Assembly (NCBI GenBank): GCA_963708295.1
Contig: CAVPSJ010000017.1
Location: 448,001-512,000 of the forward strand
Length of the DNA: 64,000 nt
Reading direction: 5' to 3'
DNA from: an uncultured delta proteobacterium
Lineage (GTDB): Bacteria > Desulfobacterota > BSN033 > UBA1163
Of the stretch, positions 20,126-30,509 are shown piece after piece. The notes beneath the pieces are model-generated. The model ran no database searches and was not told the origin of the DNA. It was given only the letters and a program-made list of their open reading frames with translations. Position 1 is the stretch's first letter; every line of letters begins with the position of its first letter. Position numbers and translations under genes: made by a program.

Positions 20126-20233
20126 GACGTAAAGTTCTGAGTTGGGAGTTCAGAGTTCGGAGTTTAGTAAATAAATTCTCCGAGCTGCAAACTCATTACT
20201 CTAAGCCGTACACGTATGGCTAGGAGAGAAGCA

Positions 20234-21465
20234 ATGAAAATCAAGGTTCCACAGCTTCTCTGGTATGACAATTCTGAGATGGAACTTGACTTTCCTCCGT
20301 CTTGGTCTATCTTCTTCCGCCCGATGAAAGGAGGGGGAAGGAGGAAACTGACCCATCAGGAGATAGAAAAACCCTTCCAAAAGCCCATTGGCTCAAAACC
20401 CATTCGTGAGTTGGCTCAAGGGAAGAGGGAAGTGGTTATTCTCTTTGATGATTTGGCCAGGCCGACCCCTGTGTTTGAAGTCCTCCCTCGGGTGCTCCAG
20501 GAACTGGAGGAAGCTGGAATTTCCGATCAACAAATTCGATTGATAGCCGCCCTCGGAGCCCATGGTGCGCTCACCGCAAATGATTTTCGGAAGAAATTAG
20601 GGGAGGAAGTGCTCGATCGATTTCCGGTATATAATCATCATCCGTTCAATTACTGCAACGATCTGGGCAAAACGAGCCGAGGCACTCCTATTTCCATCAA
20701 CCGGGAAGTAATGGCCTGCGATCTCAAGATTGGAATCGGGTGTATTGTCCCCCACTCTTTTTCCGGGTTTGGGGGAGGGGGAAAATCATTCTTCCCGGAG
20801 TCGCTCACATGGACTCCATCGTGTATAACCATGGGACGCTTGTGAAAGAGCATCCAGACTGTGTCGGCGTTGGAAAAATCGACGGGAATATTCCTCGCCT
20901 CGATATCGAAGAGGCGACGCGAATGGCTGGACTCGACGTGAAGATCGACGCGATTGTCAACCTCCGAGGAGAGATCACCAGTCTCTTTGTAGGAGATCCC
21001 ATTCTGGAACACCGGGAAGGAATGAAATTGGCAAAAGAAGTCTATTCGACCCCTCCCGCCGAAAATATGGATATTGTCGTGGTCAACGCTTATTCAAAGC
21101 CCAGTGAATGTGCGATTGCTCCTTTTATTGGTATTCCATCCTTAAAGGAGGATGGGGGGGATCTGGTGATCATTGCCAATGAGCCTGCGGGGCAGGTTGT
21201 CCATTACCTTTTCGGAGAATTCGGAAAGTGCGGAGAGGGAGGACTTCAGCTTCCCCAACCCTTACCCACGAAGGTAAAACGATTCATCATCCTTTCGCCG
21301 TTCAAAGATCATGTGGGGGCTTGTTTTTTTGGTAAGATTCCTTCGATCCATTGGGCAAAGACATGGGAGGAGGTTTTAGATCTTTTGAGGGCAGAGTGGG
21401 GAGAGAAAGCGAACGTGGCGGTCTATCCGGACGGAACGATACAGTATCTCAAGAAAGAAGGATAG
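20234..21465 (+). CDS. larA: nickel-pincer lactate racemase (LarA/DUF2088) family protein (frameshift near 20780)
   Basis: DDLARPT, ALGAH, PHSFSGFGGGGK|IILPG, YNH motifs of the LarA N-domain; split in a G/A run. Confidence 0.78.
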
Positions 21466-21567
21466 CGAGATGGGGGGATGAGGAGATAGGGAGATAGGGA
21501 AAAGGTGAATTAAAGATAAACAATAACCAATGACCCATAACGAATGACTGAAATAAAGGGGCGAAGG

Positions 21568-22800
21568 ATGGAAGAGAAGAATGTCGTGATCGTCAGCGCT
21601 GTTCGAACACCCTTTGGGAAATTCGGAGGGACTCTCAAAGATATTCCTTCCATCGAGCTGGGGGCCATGGTGATCCGGGAGGTTTTAAAAAGAGCGAAGG
21701 TGAAGGGCGAGGAGGTTGAGGAGACTTATTACGGGTCGGCGGTCCCTGGAGAGGTAGGTCTGGAAACGGATGTCCCTGCGAGACAGGCCACGCTCAAGGC
21801 AGGGATGCCGGCAGAGGCTGTTTCAATCACGGTTGACCGCGCCTGTTGTTCCTCGCTGGCCGCCGTGAGGCTGGGGTTCAGGGCGATCCGGGCCGGAGAC
21901 ATTGAAGTGGCTTTGGGAGTGGGTGCAGAGAATATGAGCCGCACCCCGCTGGTTGTTCCTCCTTATGTGCGCTGGGGAAGTCGATTGGGTTCTATCGAAT
22001 TATGGGATGGCCTCTTCGGACTGGGCTATAAAGGGTTCAATCCTGTATCGGTCGATGCCGGAGAAGTGGCCCTCGAGTACGGGATCACACGGAAAGATCA
22101 AGACCGATGGGCTTATCAAAGCCAGATGAAGTATGTCAAGGCTTTCTCAGAAGATAAATTTAAGATAGGAGAGGAATTGATGAGGGTGGAAATCCCCCAG
22201 AAGAAAGGTCCTCCCCTCTTGTTTGAGAAGGATGAATTTCCAAAACCCGATACCACCCTTGAGAAGCTCTCAAAGTTGCCTCTTGTCTATGGCAGCCCGA
22301 CTGTCACCGCAGGAAATGCCCCGGGCCTCGACACGGGTGCTTCAGCCATCCTGATCATGAGTGAAGGAAAAGCAAGGGAGAAGGGACTGAAACCTTTAGC
22401 CAAAATCCTCTCGATGGTTGCCACAGCCACAACTCCCCGTCTCATCGCTGCCATCCCGGGCCTCACCATCCAAAAGGCCCTGGAAAAGGCCCAAAGGACT
22501 CTCGATCAAGTGGACCTCATCGAGATCAATGAAGCATTTGCCGCGATGCCTCTGGTAAGCGCAAAAAATTTGGCGGATGGAAATCCCGAGAGGATGAAAG
22601 CCCTCCTGGAGAAGACGAATGTCAACGGGGGCGCCATTGCCATCGGTCATCCCGTGGGGGCCAGCGGAGCCAGGATTCTGATGACCCTGATCTACGAATT
22701 GAGAAGAAGGGGGGGAGGCATTGGGGTGGCCTCCATCTGTGGAGGATTAGCTCAAGGAGATGGAGCGGTTGTACAGGTCGGGGGCGACTCAGCGGAGTAA
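21568..22800 (+). CDS. thiolase (acetyl-CoA C-acyltransferase)
   Basis: RACCSS, NEAF, GHPVGASG, ICGG motifs. Confidence 0.92.
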   Translation: MEEKNVVIVSAVRTPFGKFGGTLKDIPSIELGAMVIREVLKRAKVKGEEVEETYYGSAVPGEVGLETDVPARQATLKAGMPAEAVSITVDRACCSSLAAVRLGFRAIRAGDIEVALGVGAENMSRTPLVVPPYVRWGSRLGSIELWDGLFGLGYKGFNPVSVDAGEVALEYGITRKDQDRWAYQSQMKYVKAFSEDKFKIGEELMRVEIPQKKGPPLLFEKDEFPKPDTTLEKLSKLPLVYGSPTVTAGNAPGLDTGASAILIMSEGKAREKGLKPLAKILSMVATATTPRLIAAIPGLTIQKALEKAQRTLDQVDLIEINEAFAAMPLVSAKNLADGNPERMKALLEKTNVNGGAIAIGHPVGASGARILMTLIYELRRRGGGIGVASICGGLAQGDGAVVQVGGDSAE

Positions 22801-23069
22801 ATTGCGCCGATCTCCCTGAGGACAAAGGGGGACATCTCCCAGGGGGTATACTGACAAACCATTTTAGTTTTAGAGTATTTGTCAGAGCGGATTCTTTCCC
22901 ACCCCGATCAACCCTCACATTCATTGGGTTACCCCAAGAGCCTGAGAGAGAGTATCGCGGACTTCATCCTTGGAAATGGTCTGTTATCTAATGGATATTT
23001 TGGAATAAATCGCTCTCATGAGACCCAGGTAGATTCTCTCTTTTCTTCCCCATCATTCGCACAATTTTC

Positions 23070-23121
23070 TTGACACCCTTGTGGGTTTGTGGTAGAAAAC
23101 AGAAAACTAAATTAGTTTTCT
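23070..23121 (+). promoter_or_regulatory. sigma70 promoter with palindromic operator for the TetR gene
   Basis: TTGACA (23070-75), 17 bp, TG-extended TAGAAA (23093-98); perfect inverted repeat AGAAAACTAA-A-TTAGTTTTCT (23101-23121). Confidence 0.7.
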
Positions 23122-23125
23122 AGTT

Positions 23126-23710
23126 ATGGAAACCGAAAAGAGAAACCAAGCCCTTACGCTCGCCAAGAAAAGATTCGAAAGGTTTGGTTTCAACAAAACC
23201 ACGGTCGATGAAATTGCTCGAGACGCCGGTATTTCGAAGCGAACCCTGTATCAGGAGTTTCAGAGCAAAGAGAAGATTCTCGAAGAACTGTTTATGTATG
23301 AGGCCTTATCGGTTCGAAAGGCCATTCTGAACCAGATCAACAAGATCAGCGACCCGGCGGAAAAACTTCAAACGTACATCCGGCTGGCCATCAAGTACCT
23401 CAATCACAACCCGTTTATCGTAAGCGTCCTGCATGATGAATCAGGGTTCTTTGCGCCTTTCCTCAAAGACAAACCCTGCATCATTGAAGAGGGGATTCAG
23501 GAAATCATCTTCAATATTCTCAAAGAGGGTGTCAAAACGGGCGTCTTTCGCAAAATCGACGGAAAGCTCGTCGCTCGTTGTATTTTCTTGCTATTTAAAG
23601 GTCTGACGTACGGAAGAAGGAGCCCTGACCGGCCCCTCGGATCAAACCAGACGAATGAGTTTATCCATTTCGTCATGCATGGAGTTGTCTTCAAGTCGAG
23701 TAAAGCATGA
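23126..23710 (+). CDS. TetR/AcrR family transcriptional regulator
   Basis: FERFGFNKTTVDEIARDAGISKRTLYQEFQSKE HTH. Confidence 0.93.
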   Translation: METEKRNQALTLAKKRFERFGFNKTTVDEIARDAGISKRTLYQEFQSKEKILEELFMYEALSVRKAILNQINKISDPAEKLQTYIRLAIKYLNHNPFIVSVLHDESGFFAPFLKDKPCIIEEGIQEIIFNILKEGVKTGVFRKIDGKLVARCIFLLFKGLTYGRRSPDRPLGSNQTNEFIHFVMHGVVFKSSKA

Positions 23711-24600
23711 ATCGGGTTTCGATGCATTTTATGCCGGATGGTCCCGTGAATTCGATTCGAATGGTCAGCCTGTTTGCGGGCTTCCCTCTTTTTAAAGTTT
23801 ATGCCTTTTTTATAGACGGGTTGCTGATCGATACGGGATTCACTCACGGTCGAGATAGATTTCTCGAACTCCTGGATACACTCCACCCCGCGATCATTGT
23901 CAATACCCACCACCACGAAGATCACACCGGGAACAATTTCTGGGTGACGAAAAAGTATGGCCTTCTTCCACTCGCCCACCCCAAGGCTTCGTCTTATTTG
24001 CAAGCTCCGTCTCGGTGGGTACCTTTTTATCGACGGGTCGTCTGGGGATGTCCTCAGCCTTCAAAGACCGGCGACGTGGATTCAGAAATTCGAAGTTCTA
24101 AGTTCCGTTTTCTCGTGATCCCGACGCCCGGGCATACCGATGACCATATCTGTCTTTACGAACCGAATGAAGGATGGCTCTTCTCCGGTGACCTCTTTAT
24201 CGGCGAGCATTTGAGATACCTGAGAGACGATGAGGATATCCATTCTGTCCTCGACTCTCTGAAGAGAATTGCCACGCTCCGGCTCAAAACGATGTTCTGT
24301 TCGTTCAGCGGGGTCGTCGATCGGCCAAAGGAGGCCATTGATCAAAAGGTGGACTATTTGGAATATCTCAAGACGAGTGTCGAAAAAGAGCTCCAACACG
24401 GCTTGGCCCCTCATGAAATTCGGCAGAAATTTTTAGGCAGGGGAGACCGATTTCGCTTTGTGACCGGCGGACAAATTTCCAAACAGAATCTAATCAATGC
24501 TTTTCTTAAGAATCCATCTTCATCCCAGATCCTGCCCGTGCCGCCCCCTGCCTACCGGCAGGCAGGCTTGGTCGGGACACAGGGGAAAGGGATGGGGTGA
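23707..24600 (+). CDS. MBL-fold metallo-hydrolase
   Basis: LIDTG, THHHEDH, TPGHT, FSGD motifs; the C-terminal tail is encoded by a repeat element. Confidence 0.88.
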   Translation: MNRVSMHFMPDGPVNSIRMVSLFAGFPLFKVYAFFIDGLLIDTGFTHGRDRFLELLDTLHPAIIVNTHHHEDHTGNNFWVTKKYGLLPLAHPKASSYLQAPSRWVPFYRRVVWGCPQPSKTGDVDSEIRSSKFRFLVIPTPGHTDDHICLYEPNEGWLFSGDLFIGEHLRYLRDDEDIHSVLDSLKRIATLRLKTMFCSFSGVVDRPKEAIDQKVDYLEYLKTSVEKELQHGLAPHEIRQKFLGRGDRFRFVTGGQISKQNLINAFLKNPSSSQILPVPPPAYRQAGLVGTQGKGMG

Positions 24601-24619
24601 GGGGGAAAGGGGTTGAACG

Positions 24620-27031
24620 ATGAAACAGAAGATCAAAAAAGCAGCGGTTTTGGGGGCAGGCATGATGGGAAGTACGATTGCTGCCCACCTGGCAAACGTG
24701 GGCATTCCTTCTTTTCTTCTTGATATTATACCGCCGGAGATGACAGAAGCGGAAAAGAAGAAGGGGCTGACTCTGGAAAGCCCGGAGGTGAGAAATCGGT
24801 TCGCTGTTTTGGGGAAGAAGAGGATCCAGGAAACAAAGCCCGCCTCCCTCTATCTGAAGGAGGATGCGGAGCTCATCTCCGTGGGGAACTTTGAAGATCA
24901 TCTCTCGTGGGTGGCCCAGGCGGATTGGATCGTCGAAGTCGTGATAGAGGATCTGAATACGAAGAGAGCGCTCTTCAAGAAATTGCTTCCCTTCTTGAAA
25001 GAAGGGACCGTGATCAGCTCCAATACCTCCGGCATCTCCATTCAGAAGATGTGCGAGGGGTTCTCCGGGGATTTCCAGGAGAGGTTCTTGGGAACCCATT
25101 TCTTTAATCCGCCGAGATATATGAAACTTCTTGAGATCATCCCGATCCCGGCAACGTCCAAGACCATCGTGGAAAGAATGGCTGACGTGGGAGAGAGGAT
25201 TGTCGGGAAAGGAGTGGTCTATGCCAAAGATACACCCAATTTCATCGGCAATCGGATTGGAGCTTTTTCTGGCGCTATCACGATGAGAACGATGGTCGAG
25301 GACGGCTATCGGATCGAAGAGGTCGATCAGATCACAGGGCCTGCGATCGGGAGACCCAAAATGGGGACCTTCAAGCTCGGTGATCTCGTCGGACTGGATG
25401 TGATGGCCCATGTTTCCAAGAATCTCTATGAGAGCCTCCCGGCGGGAAAGGAGAGAGATATTTTCGCACCCTCTCCCTTTATCCAACAGATGATCAAGAA
25501 CCAGTGGCTGGGTTTGAAGACAAAACAGGGCTTTTATAAAAAGGTGAAGGGCGAAGGAAAAGAAGAGACGCTGGTCCTCGATTATGAAAAGCTTGAATAC
25601 CGACCCCAGCAGAAAGCGAATCTTCCCTCTCTCGAAATGGCAAAGAATATCGAGGACTTGAGGGAACGGGTCAAGAGTTTCGTGACGAGTCCTGACCGGG
25701 GAGGACAATTCGCCTGGAAGATCTTGAAAAAGACCCTGCTCTACTCTGCGGAAAAAATTCCCGAGATCTCCGATGACATCGTCAATATCGACCGGGCCAT
25801 GAAGTGGGGATATAACTGGGAGCTCGGGCCCTTTGAACTGTGGGATGCTATGGGTCTGAAACCCTCTGTGAAGCGAATGGAGAAGGAGGGAGAAACGATT
25901 CCTCCGCTGGTGGAACGGGTCCTCAGCAAAGGATATTCTTCTTTTTATGAGAAAAAGGACGGACATGTCTCCTACTTTGACCTGGGAGCAGGTCAATACC
26001 AGGCCCTCGAAGAAAAACCGGAGATCATCCTTTTACCGAGTTTGAAAGATCGAAATAAAACCATCCTTTCAAATCCCGGGGCAAGCCTGATCGACCTCGG
26101 GGATGGAGTGGCCTGCCTCGAGTTTCATTCCAAGATGAATACCATTGGAGCGGATACCGTCCAGATGATAAGAGATTCGTTGAAGGAGGTTGAAGGGAAA
26201 TTCGATGGTTTGGTCATAGGAAATCAGAGTGATAACTTCTCCGTAGGGGCTAACCTGATGCTCATGCTTTTTGAAATTCAGGATGAGAATTGGGAGGATA
26301 TTGAAGCAATCGTAAAGGCTTTTCAAGATGCCTTGATGGCGATCAAATACTTTGGGAAGCCGGTCGTCGCTGCGCCGTTTGGTATGACCTTAGCAGGGGG
26401 ATGCGAGATCTGTCTCGCATCCGCGAAGATGCAGGCCGCGGCCGAGACTTACATGGGCCTTGTGGAAATAGGGGTTGGGTTGATCCCTGCAGGGGGTGGA
26501 ACGAAAGAGATGTTGCTTCGATGTACTGAAGGTATTCCGCCGAGCGTGGTGGATGCGGACCTGCTTCCCTTTGTCCGGCAAGCCTTCGAGACGGTGGCCA
26601 TGGCCAAGGTGGCGACCAGTGCCAAAGAAGCGCAAAAATTGGGCTATATGAGGGCCACCGACAAGATCACGATCAATCGGGACTACCTCATCCACAGCGC
26701 CAAGAAAACAGTCCTCGACCTTGTGGCGGAAGGCTATCGTTCCCCCCGGCCGAAGAGAAATATCAAGGTCATGGGTGAAAAGGGATATGCTCTTCTTCAG
26801 ATGGGGCTTTTCTACATGAGAGAGGGAGGATACATCAGCCAACACGATGAGCATGTGGCAAAGAAAGTAGCCTATGTGATGACCGGAGGGAACTTACCGG
26901 ACGGGACCGAGGTGACGGAGCAATACATTTTAGATCTGGAAAGAGAGGCTTTTATGAGCCTCTGTGGTGAGGCGAAGACCCAGGAGAGGATGCAGTACAC
27001 GTTGAAGACGGGAAAACCGCTCAGAAACTGA
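24620..27031 (+). CDS. fadN: 3-hydroxyacyl-CoA dehydrogenase/enoyl-CoA hydratase (FadN type)
   Basis: GAGMMG, SNTSG, HFFNPPRYMKLLE, C-terminal crotonase domain (GGGTKE), ending GKPLRN. Confidence 0.9.
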   Translation: MKQKIKKAAVLGAGMMGSTIAAHLANVGIPSFLLDIIPPEMTEAEKKKGLTLESPEVRNRFAVLGKKRIQETKPASLYLKEDAELISVGNFEDHLSWVAQADWIVEVVIEDLNTKRALFKKLLPFLKEGTVISSNTSGISIQKMCEGFSGDFQERFLGTHFFNPPRYMKLLEIIPIPATSKTIVERMADVGERIVGKGVVYAKDTPNFIGNRIGAFSGAITMRTMVEDGYRIEEVDQITGPAIGRPKMGTFKLGDLVGLDVMAHVSKNLYESLPAGKERDIFAPSPFIQQMIKNQWLGLKTKQGFYKKVKGEGKEETLVLDYEKLEYRPQQKANLPSLEMAKNIEDLRERVKSFVTSPDRGGQFAWKILKKTLLYSAEKIPEISDDIVNIDRAMKWGYNWELGPFELWDAMGLKPSVKRMEKEGETIPPLVERVLSKGYSSFYEKKDGHVSYFDLGAGQYQALEEKPEIILLPSLKDRNKTILSNPGASLIDLGDGVACLEFHSKMNTIGADTVQMIRDSLKEVEGKFDGLVIGNQSDNFSVGANLMLMLFEIQDENWEDIEAIVKAFQDALMAIKYFGKPVVAAPFGMTLAGGCEICLASAKMQAAAETYMGLVEIGVGLIPAGGGTKEMLLRCTEGIPPSVVDADLLPFVRQAFETVAMAKVATSAKEAQKLGYMRATDKITINRDYLIHSAKKTVLDLVAEGYRSPRPKRNIKVMGEKGYALLQMGLFYMREGGYISQHDEHVAKKVAYVMTGGNLPDGTEVTEQYILDLEREAFMSLCGEAKTQERMQYTLKTGKPLRN

Positions 27032-27195
27032 TCAGTGCAAAATATAGAATGAGCAATTCAAAATTAACAATGAAAGAGAGTAAAGAAAAAGGTACTGCTT
27101 CGGATTTTGGGGAAACTGATCAATGCAAAATTAACACTGGTCGAGAGAATCCGTAACTGGTAATTTTTCACTGCTAATTTTGAAATTTGCAATGA
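27032..27195. repeat. 7-nt-periodic (TGCAAAA/AATT) fold-back element, related to 49898-50005
   Basis: TCAGTGCAAAAT...AATTTGCAATGA arms immediately after the fadN stop. Confidence 0.6.
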
Positions 27196-27216
27196 CGCTT
27201 TACCATGGGAGGTCTT

Positions 27217-28398
27217 ATGAAAGAAGCAGTGGTAGTTTCAGCAGTAAGGACGGCTGTGGGGAAGGCCCCGCGAGGGATTCTGAAGGATACACGTCCCGAT
27301 GACATTGCAGCAATGGTCATCAAAGAGGCTTTTGCTCGGGCACCCGGTCTGAAAATGGAAGACGTGGACGATATCGTCTTGGGGTGTGCCTTTCCCGAAT
27401 CGGATCAAGGACTGAATCTCGGAAGAGTCGTGGCGATGCGAGCTGGGTTTCCCCATACGGTCCCGGGACAGACCGTGAATCGGTTTTGCTCCTCAGGGCT
27501 GCAGGCCATTGCAACGGCTGCTTATGAGATCATGGTGGGAGGCACAGAGGTGATGATTGCCGGGGGCGTGGAGTTTATGAGCCAGGTTCCCATCATGGGT
27601 TTGACGCCTTCGCCCAATCCTTATTTGGTGGAGCATAATCCCCAGGCCTATACCTCCATGGGGCTCACCGCAGAAAATGTGGCTGAGAAATTCAAGATTT
27701 CGAGAGAAGACCAGGATCGTTTTGCCCTCTCCAGCCACCAGAAGGCAGCCAAAGCCATCAAGGAAGGGAAGTTTAAGGAAGAGGTCCTTCCTATTCCTGC
27801 AAAAGTGAGAGAGACGAAGGAAGATGGGACGGTCGTTGTGAAAGAGGTCATGTTTGACACGGATGAGGGAGTGCGGTACGACGCGTCTCTGGAAGGGTTG
27901 GCGACGCTAAAGCCGGTCTTCAAAGCCAAGGGCACCGTGACAGCGGGGAATTCATCTCAGACGAGTGATGGAGCAGCGGCCGTCGTATTAATGTCAAAAG
28001 AAAAAGCTGCAGCCTTGAAGTTGAAGCCGATGGCCGTCTTCCGGTCTTTTGCGGTGGCCGGAGTTCCGCCCGAAATCATGGGGGTTGGCCCTGCTTATGC
28101 TGTTCCCAAGGCTCTCAAAAAAGCAAGCCTGACGACTAAGGATATAGGGCTGGTTGAGCTGAACGAAGCCTTTGCTTCGCAATCCCTCTATGTGATCCGG
28201 GAATTGGGGTTGAACCCGGAGATCGTGAATGTCAACGGTGGGGCGATCGCTGTCGGCCATCCGCTCGGGTGTACGGGGGCGAAGTTGACCACCTGCCTGC
28301 TTCATGAGATGAAACGGAGAAATATTCGCTACGGTCTCGTCACGATGTGTATTGGAGGTGGGATGGGAGCCGCGGGGGTATTTGAAAGCATGGAGTAA
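27217..28398 (+). CDS. fadA: thiolase (acetyl-CoA C-acyltransferase)
   Basis: NRFCSSG, NEAF, GHPLG, CIGGG; position between fadN and fadE. Confidence 0.9.
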   Translation: MKEAVVVSAVRTAVGKAPRGILKDTRPDDIAAMVIKEAFARAPGLKMEDVDDIVLGCAFPESDQGLNLGRVVAMRAGFPHTVPGQTVNRFCSSGLQAIATAAYEIMVGGTEVMIAGGVEFMSQVPIMGLTPSPNPYLVEHNPQAYTSMGLTAENVAEKFKISREDQDRFALSSHQKAAKAIKEGKFKEEVLPIPAKVRETKEDGTVVVKEVMFDTDEGVRYDASLEGLATLKPVFKAKGTVTAGNSSQTSDGAAAVVLMSKEKAAALKLKPMAVFRSFAVAGVPPEIMGVGPAYAVPKALKKASLTTKDIGLVELNEAFASQSLYVIRELGLNPEIVNVNGGAIAVGHPLGCTGAKLTTCLLHEMKRRNIRYGLVTMCIGGGMGAAGVFESME

Positions 28399-28400
28399 TT

Positions 28401-28494
28401 CCGAAAAAATGGAGTGCTGGAGTACCGGAGTGTTGGGTTTACCTCCAAACACGATTCTTAACATCACTCCATTACTCCAACATTCCAATATTCC
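28401..28494. repeat. 8-nt-periodic TGGAGTNN fold-back element, copy 2
   Basis: Same left end CCGAAAAAATGGAGTG as the 4698 copy; right arm CATCACTCCATTACTCCAACATTCCAATATTCC. Confidence 0.8.
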
Positions 28495-28512
28495 TTTTTT
28501 GAGGAGGTTATC

Positions 28513-30291
28513 ATGGAAGAGCTAGTGAGGGGGGGAGCATTTCTGATCGAATCGATTTCTCCTCAGGGGATTTTCACCCCGGAGGAGTTTTCTGAGGAGC
28601 AGCGGCTGATTGCCAAAGCGGCTACCGAATTCGTCGTGGGGGAGGTTCAACCCCAGGTAGATGATATTGAAACACAGAAGGAAGGCCTCCTGCCGAGTCT
28701 GGTGAAGAAGGCAGGAGAATTGGGTCTCCTCTCCGGAGACATCACGGAGGAGTACGGAGGGCAGGATTTGGATAAGGTCAGTGTCATCCTGCTCATGGAG
28801 AAACTGTCTCAGGGAGGAGGCTCCTTCATGGTGGCCTACGCCGTCCATACCGGCATTGGCTCTCTTCCCATCATCTTCTTCGGCAGCAAAGACCAAAAGA
28901 AACGATATCTTCCAAAAATTGCTACCGGGGAAATGATCACGGCCTATGCCCTGACAGAGCCGGGGGCAGGCTCGGATGCCCTCAGTGCGAAGACGACGGC
29001 AACTCTCAGCCCCGACGGAAAATATTATGTTCTAAACGGCCAGAAACAGTTCATCTCGAATGCCGGCTTTGCGGACGTCTTCGTCACCTATGCCAAAGTG
29101 GATGGGGAGAAATTCACCTCCTTTATTGTCGAAAGGAAATTCGAGGGGGTTTCAGCGGATGAGGAAGAAAACAAGATGGGAATGAAGGGGTCCTCGACAC
29201 GAAGCGTCATCTTCACGGACGCCAAAGTGCCGGTGGGGAACGTCCTCGGGGAGGTCGGAAAGGGCCATATCGTGGCTTTCAACACGCTGAACATCGGCCG
29301 CTTTAAGCTGGGCGGGGGGTGTGTGGGATCGGCAAAGAGTGCACTGCAGGATGCGGTGACTTATGCGAAGCAGAGGGTTCAGTTCGGAAAGCCGATCGCT
29401 GAATACGGCTTGATCAAACATAAGATTGCGGAAATGGCGATTCGGACCTTTACCATGGAGAGTATGGTTTACCGGACAGCCGCCTTGATCGATCGAGCCC
29501 TTCAGAAAATCGATCACCAAGCCGATGACGTCGGAATTCAGATGGCAAAAGGAATAGAGGAATATGCCATTGAGGATTCGATCAACAAGATCTATTCGTC
29601 AGAGGTATTAGATTATGTCGTAGACGAAGCCCTTCAGATCCACGGAGGGTACGGGTATATCCACGATTATGCGATCGAGCGGGGATATCGAGATTCCAGG
29701 ATTAACCGAATCTGGGAAGGGACGAATGAGATCAATCGTCTCCTTATCATGGGCATGTTGACGAAACGAGCCATGAAAAACCGTCTCCCTATTCTCGGCG
29801 CCGCTCAGAAGGTGGCCAGCGAGCTTCTCACCCTTCGGCCCAAAGTAGAGATGGATGACGGGAAACTCACCCTGCAGGCGGAGATGGTGGAGATGTCAAA
29901 GAAGATCGGCCTTTTGGTCGCTGGGGCTGCCGTTCAGAAATTCATGCTGAAGCTGGAGGAGGAACAGGAGATCCTGGCTTCGATCAGTGATATTGTGATT
30001 GAGGTCTTTGCTATGGAGAGCGCTCTTCTCAGAGCGATGAAGACTGCCGAGAAGTTTGGCGATGAAAAGTCTCAGATTCAGAAGGCCATGGTAAAAGTTT
30101 ATGTGAATGACGCCTTCGGTCGGGTAGAAAGTTTCGCGAAACAGGCTTTTGCCGCCATTGCCGAAGGCGATACCCTCAGGACCCAGTTATCCGCTCTCAA
30201 GAAACTGTCACGTTTTTCAACCGTCAATACGATCGGGTTGAGACGGGAGATCGCAGATTCTGTGATAAAAATGGGGAAATATCCATTTTAG
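28513..30291 (+). CDS. fadE: acyl-CoA dehydrogenase (Bacillus FadE/YusJ type)
   Basis: YALTEPGAGSDA, QIHGGYGY, RINRIWEGTNEI. Confidence 0.92.
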   Translation: MEELVRGGAFLIESISPQGIFTPEEFSEEQRLIAKAATEFVVGEVQPQVDDIETQKEGLLPSLVKKAGELGLLSGDITEEYGGQDLDKVSVILLMEKLSQGGGSFMVAYAVHTGIGSLPIIFFGSKDQKKRYLPKIATGEMITAYALTEPGAGSDALSAKTTATLSPDGKYYVLNGQKQFISNAGFADVFVTYAKVDGEKFTSFIVERKFEGVSADEEENKMGMKGSSTRSVIFTDAKVPVGNVLGEVGKGHIVAFNTLNIGRFKLGGGCVGSAKSALQDAVTYAKQRVQFGKPIAEYGLIKHKIAEMAIRTFTMESMVYRTAALIDRALQKIDHQADDVGIQMAKGIEEYAIEDSINKIYSSEVLDYVVDEALQIHGGYGYIHDYAIERGYRDSRINRIWEGTNEINRLLIMGMLTKRAMKNRLPILGAAQKVASELLTLRPKVEMDDGKLTLQAEMVEMSKKIGLLVAGAAVQKFMLKLEEEQEILASISDIVIEVFAMESALLRAMKTAEKFGDEKSQIQKAMVKVYVNDAFGRVESFAKQAFAAIAEGDTLRTQLSALKKLSRFSTVNTIGLRREIADSVIKMGKYPF

Positions 30292-30356
30292 CAAGACCCG
30301 GACGTAACAAGGCCTGAACCTTATATAGTACAGGGGCAGACGATTTTTACTATTAG

Positions 30357-30394
30357 AAAGAGCGCCCTGTTGCGTAGCAACGGGGCACTCTTTT
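30357..30394 (+). terminator. intrinsic terminator after the fadNAE operon
   Basis: AAAGAG-C-GCCCTGTTGC-GTA-GCAACGGGGC-A-CTCTTTT. Confidence 0.7.
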
Positions 30395-30509
30395 ACATAT
30401 TTCCAACAGGGTTTCATGCCCCGCTCGGTTTCGAGCCCCAGTATAGCGGGACTGGAATTTCTAATGGGGTTTTGCCCGGGTTGAGGTAACCGCAGCTTCT
30501 TCAAGCACC

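Noticed and set aside
22850-22885. CTGACAAA...TTTGTCAG inverted repeat
   Set aside because: Only 8 bp and no second copy found; cannot distinguish an element remnant from chance.
24506-25996. 496-aa antisense ORF, and similar long antisense ORFs at 36993-38096 and 31494-32321
   Set aside because: Shadows of well-supported opposite-strand genes with no recognisable motifs.
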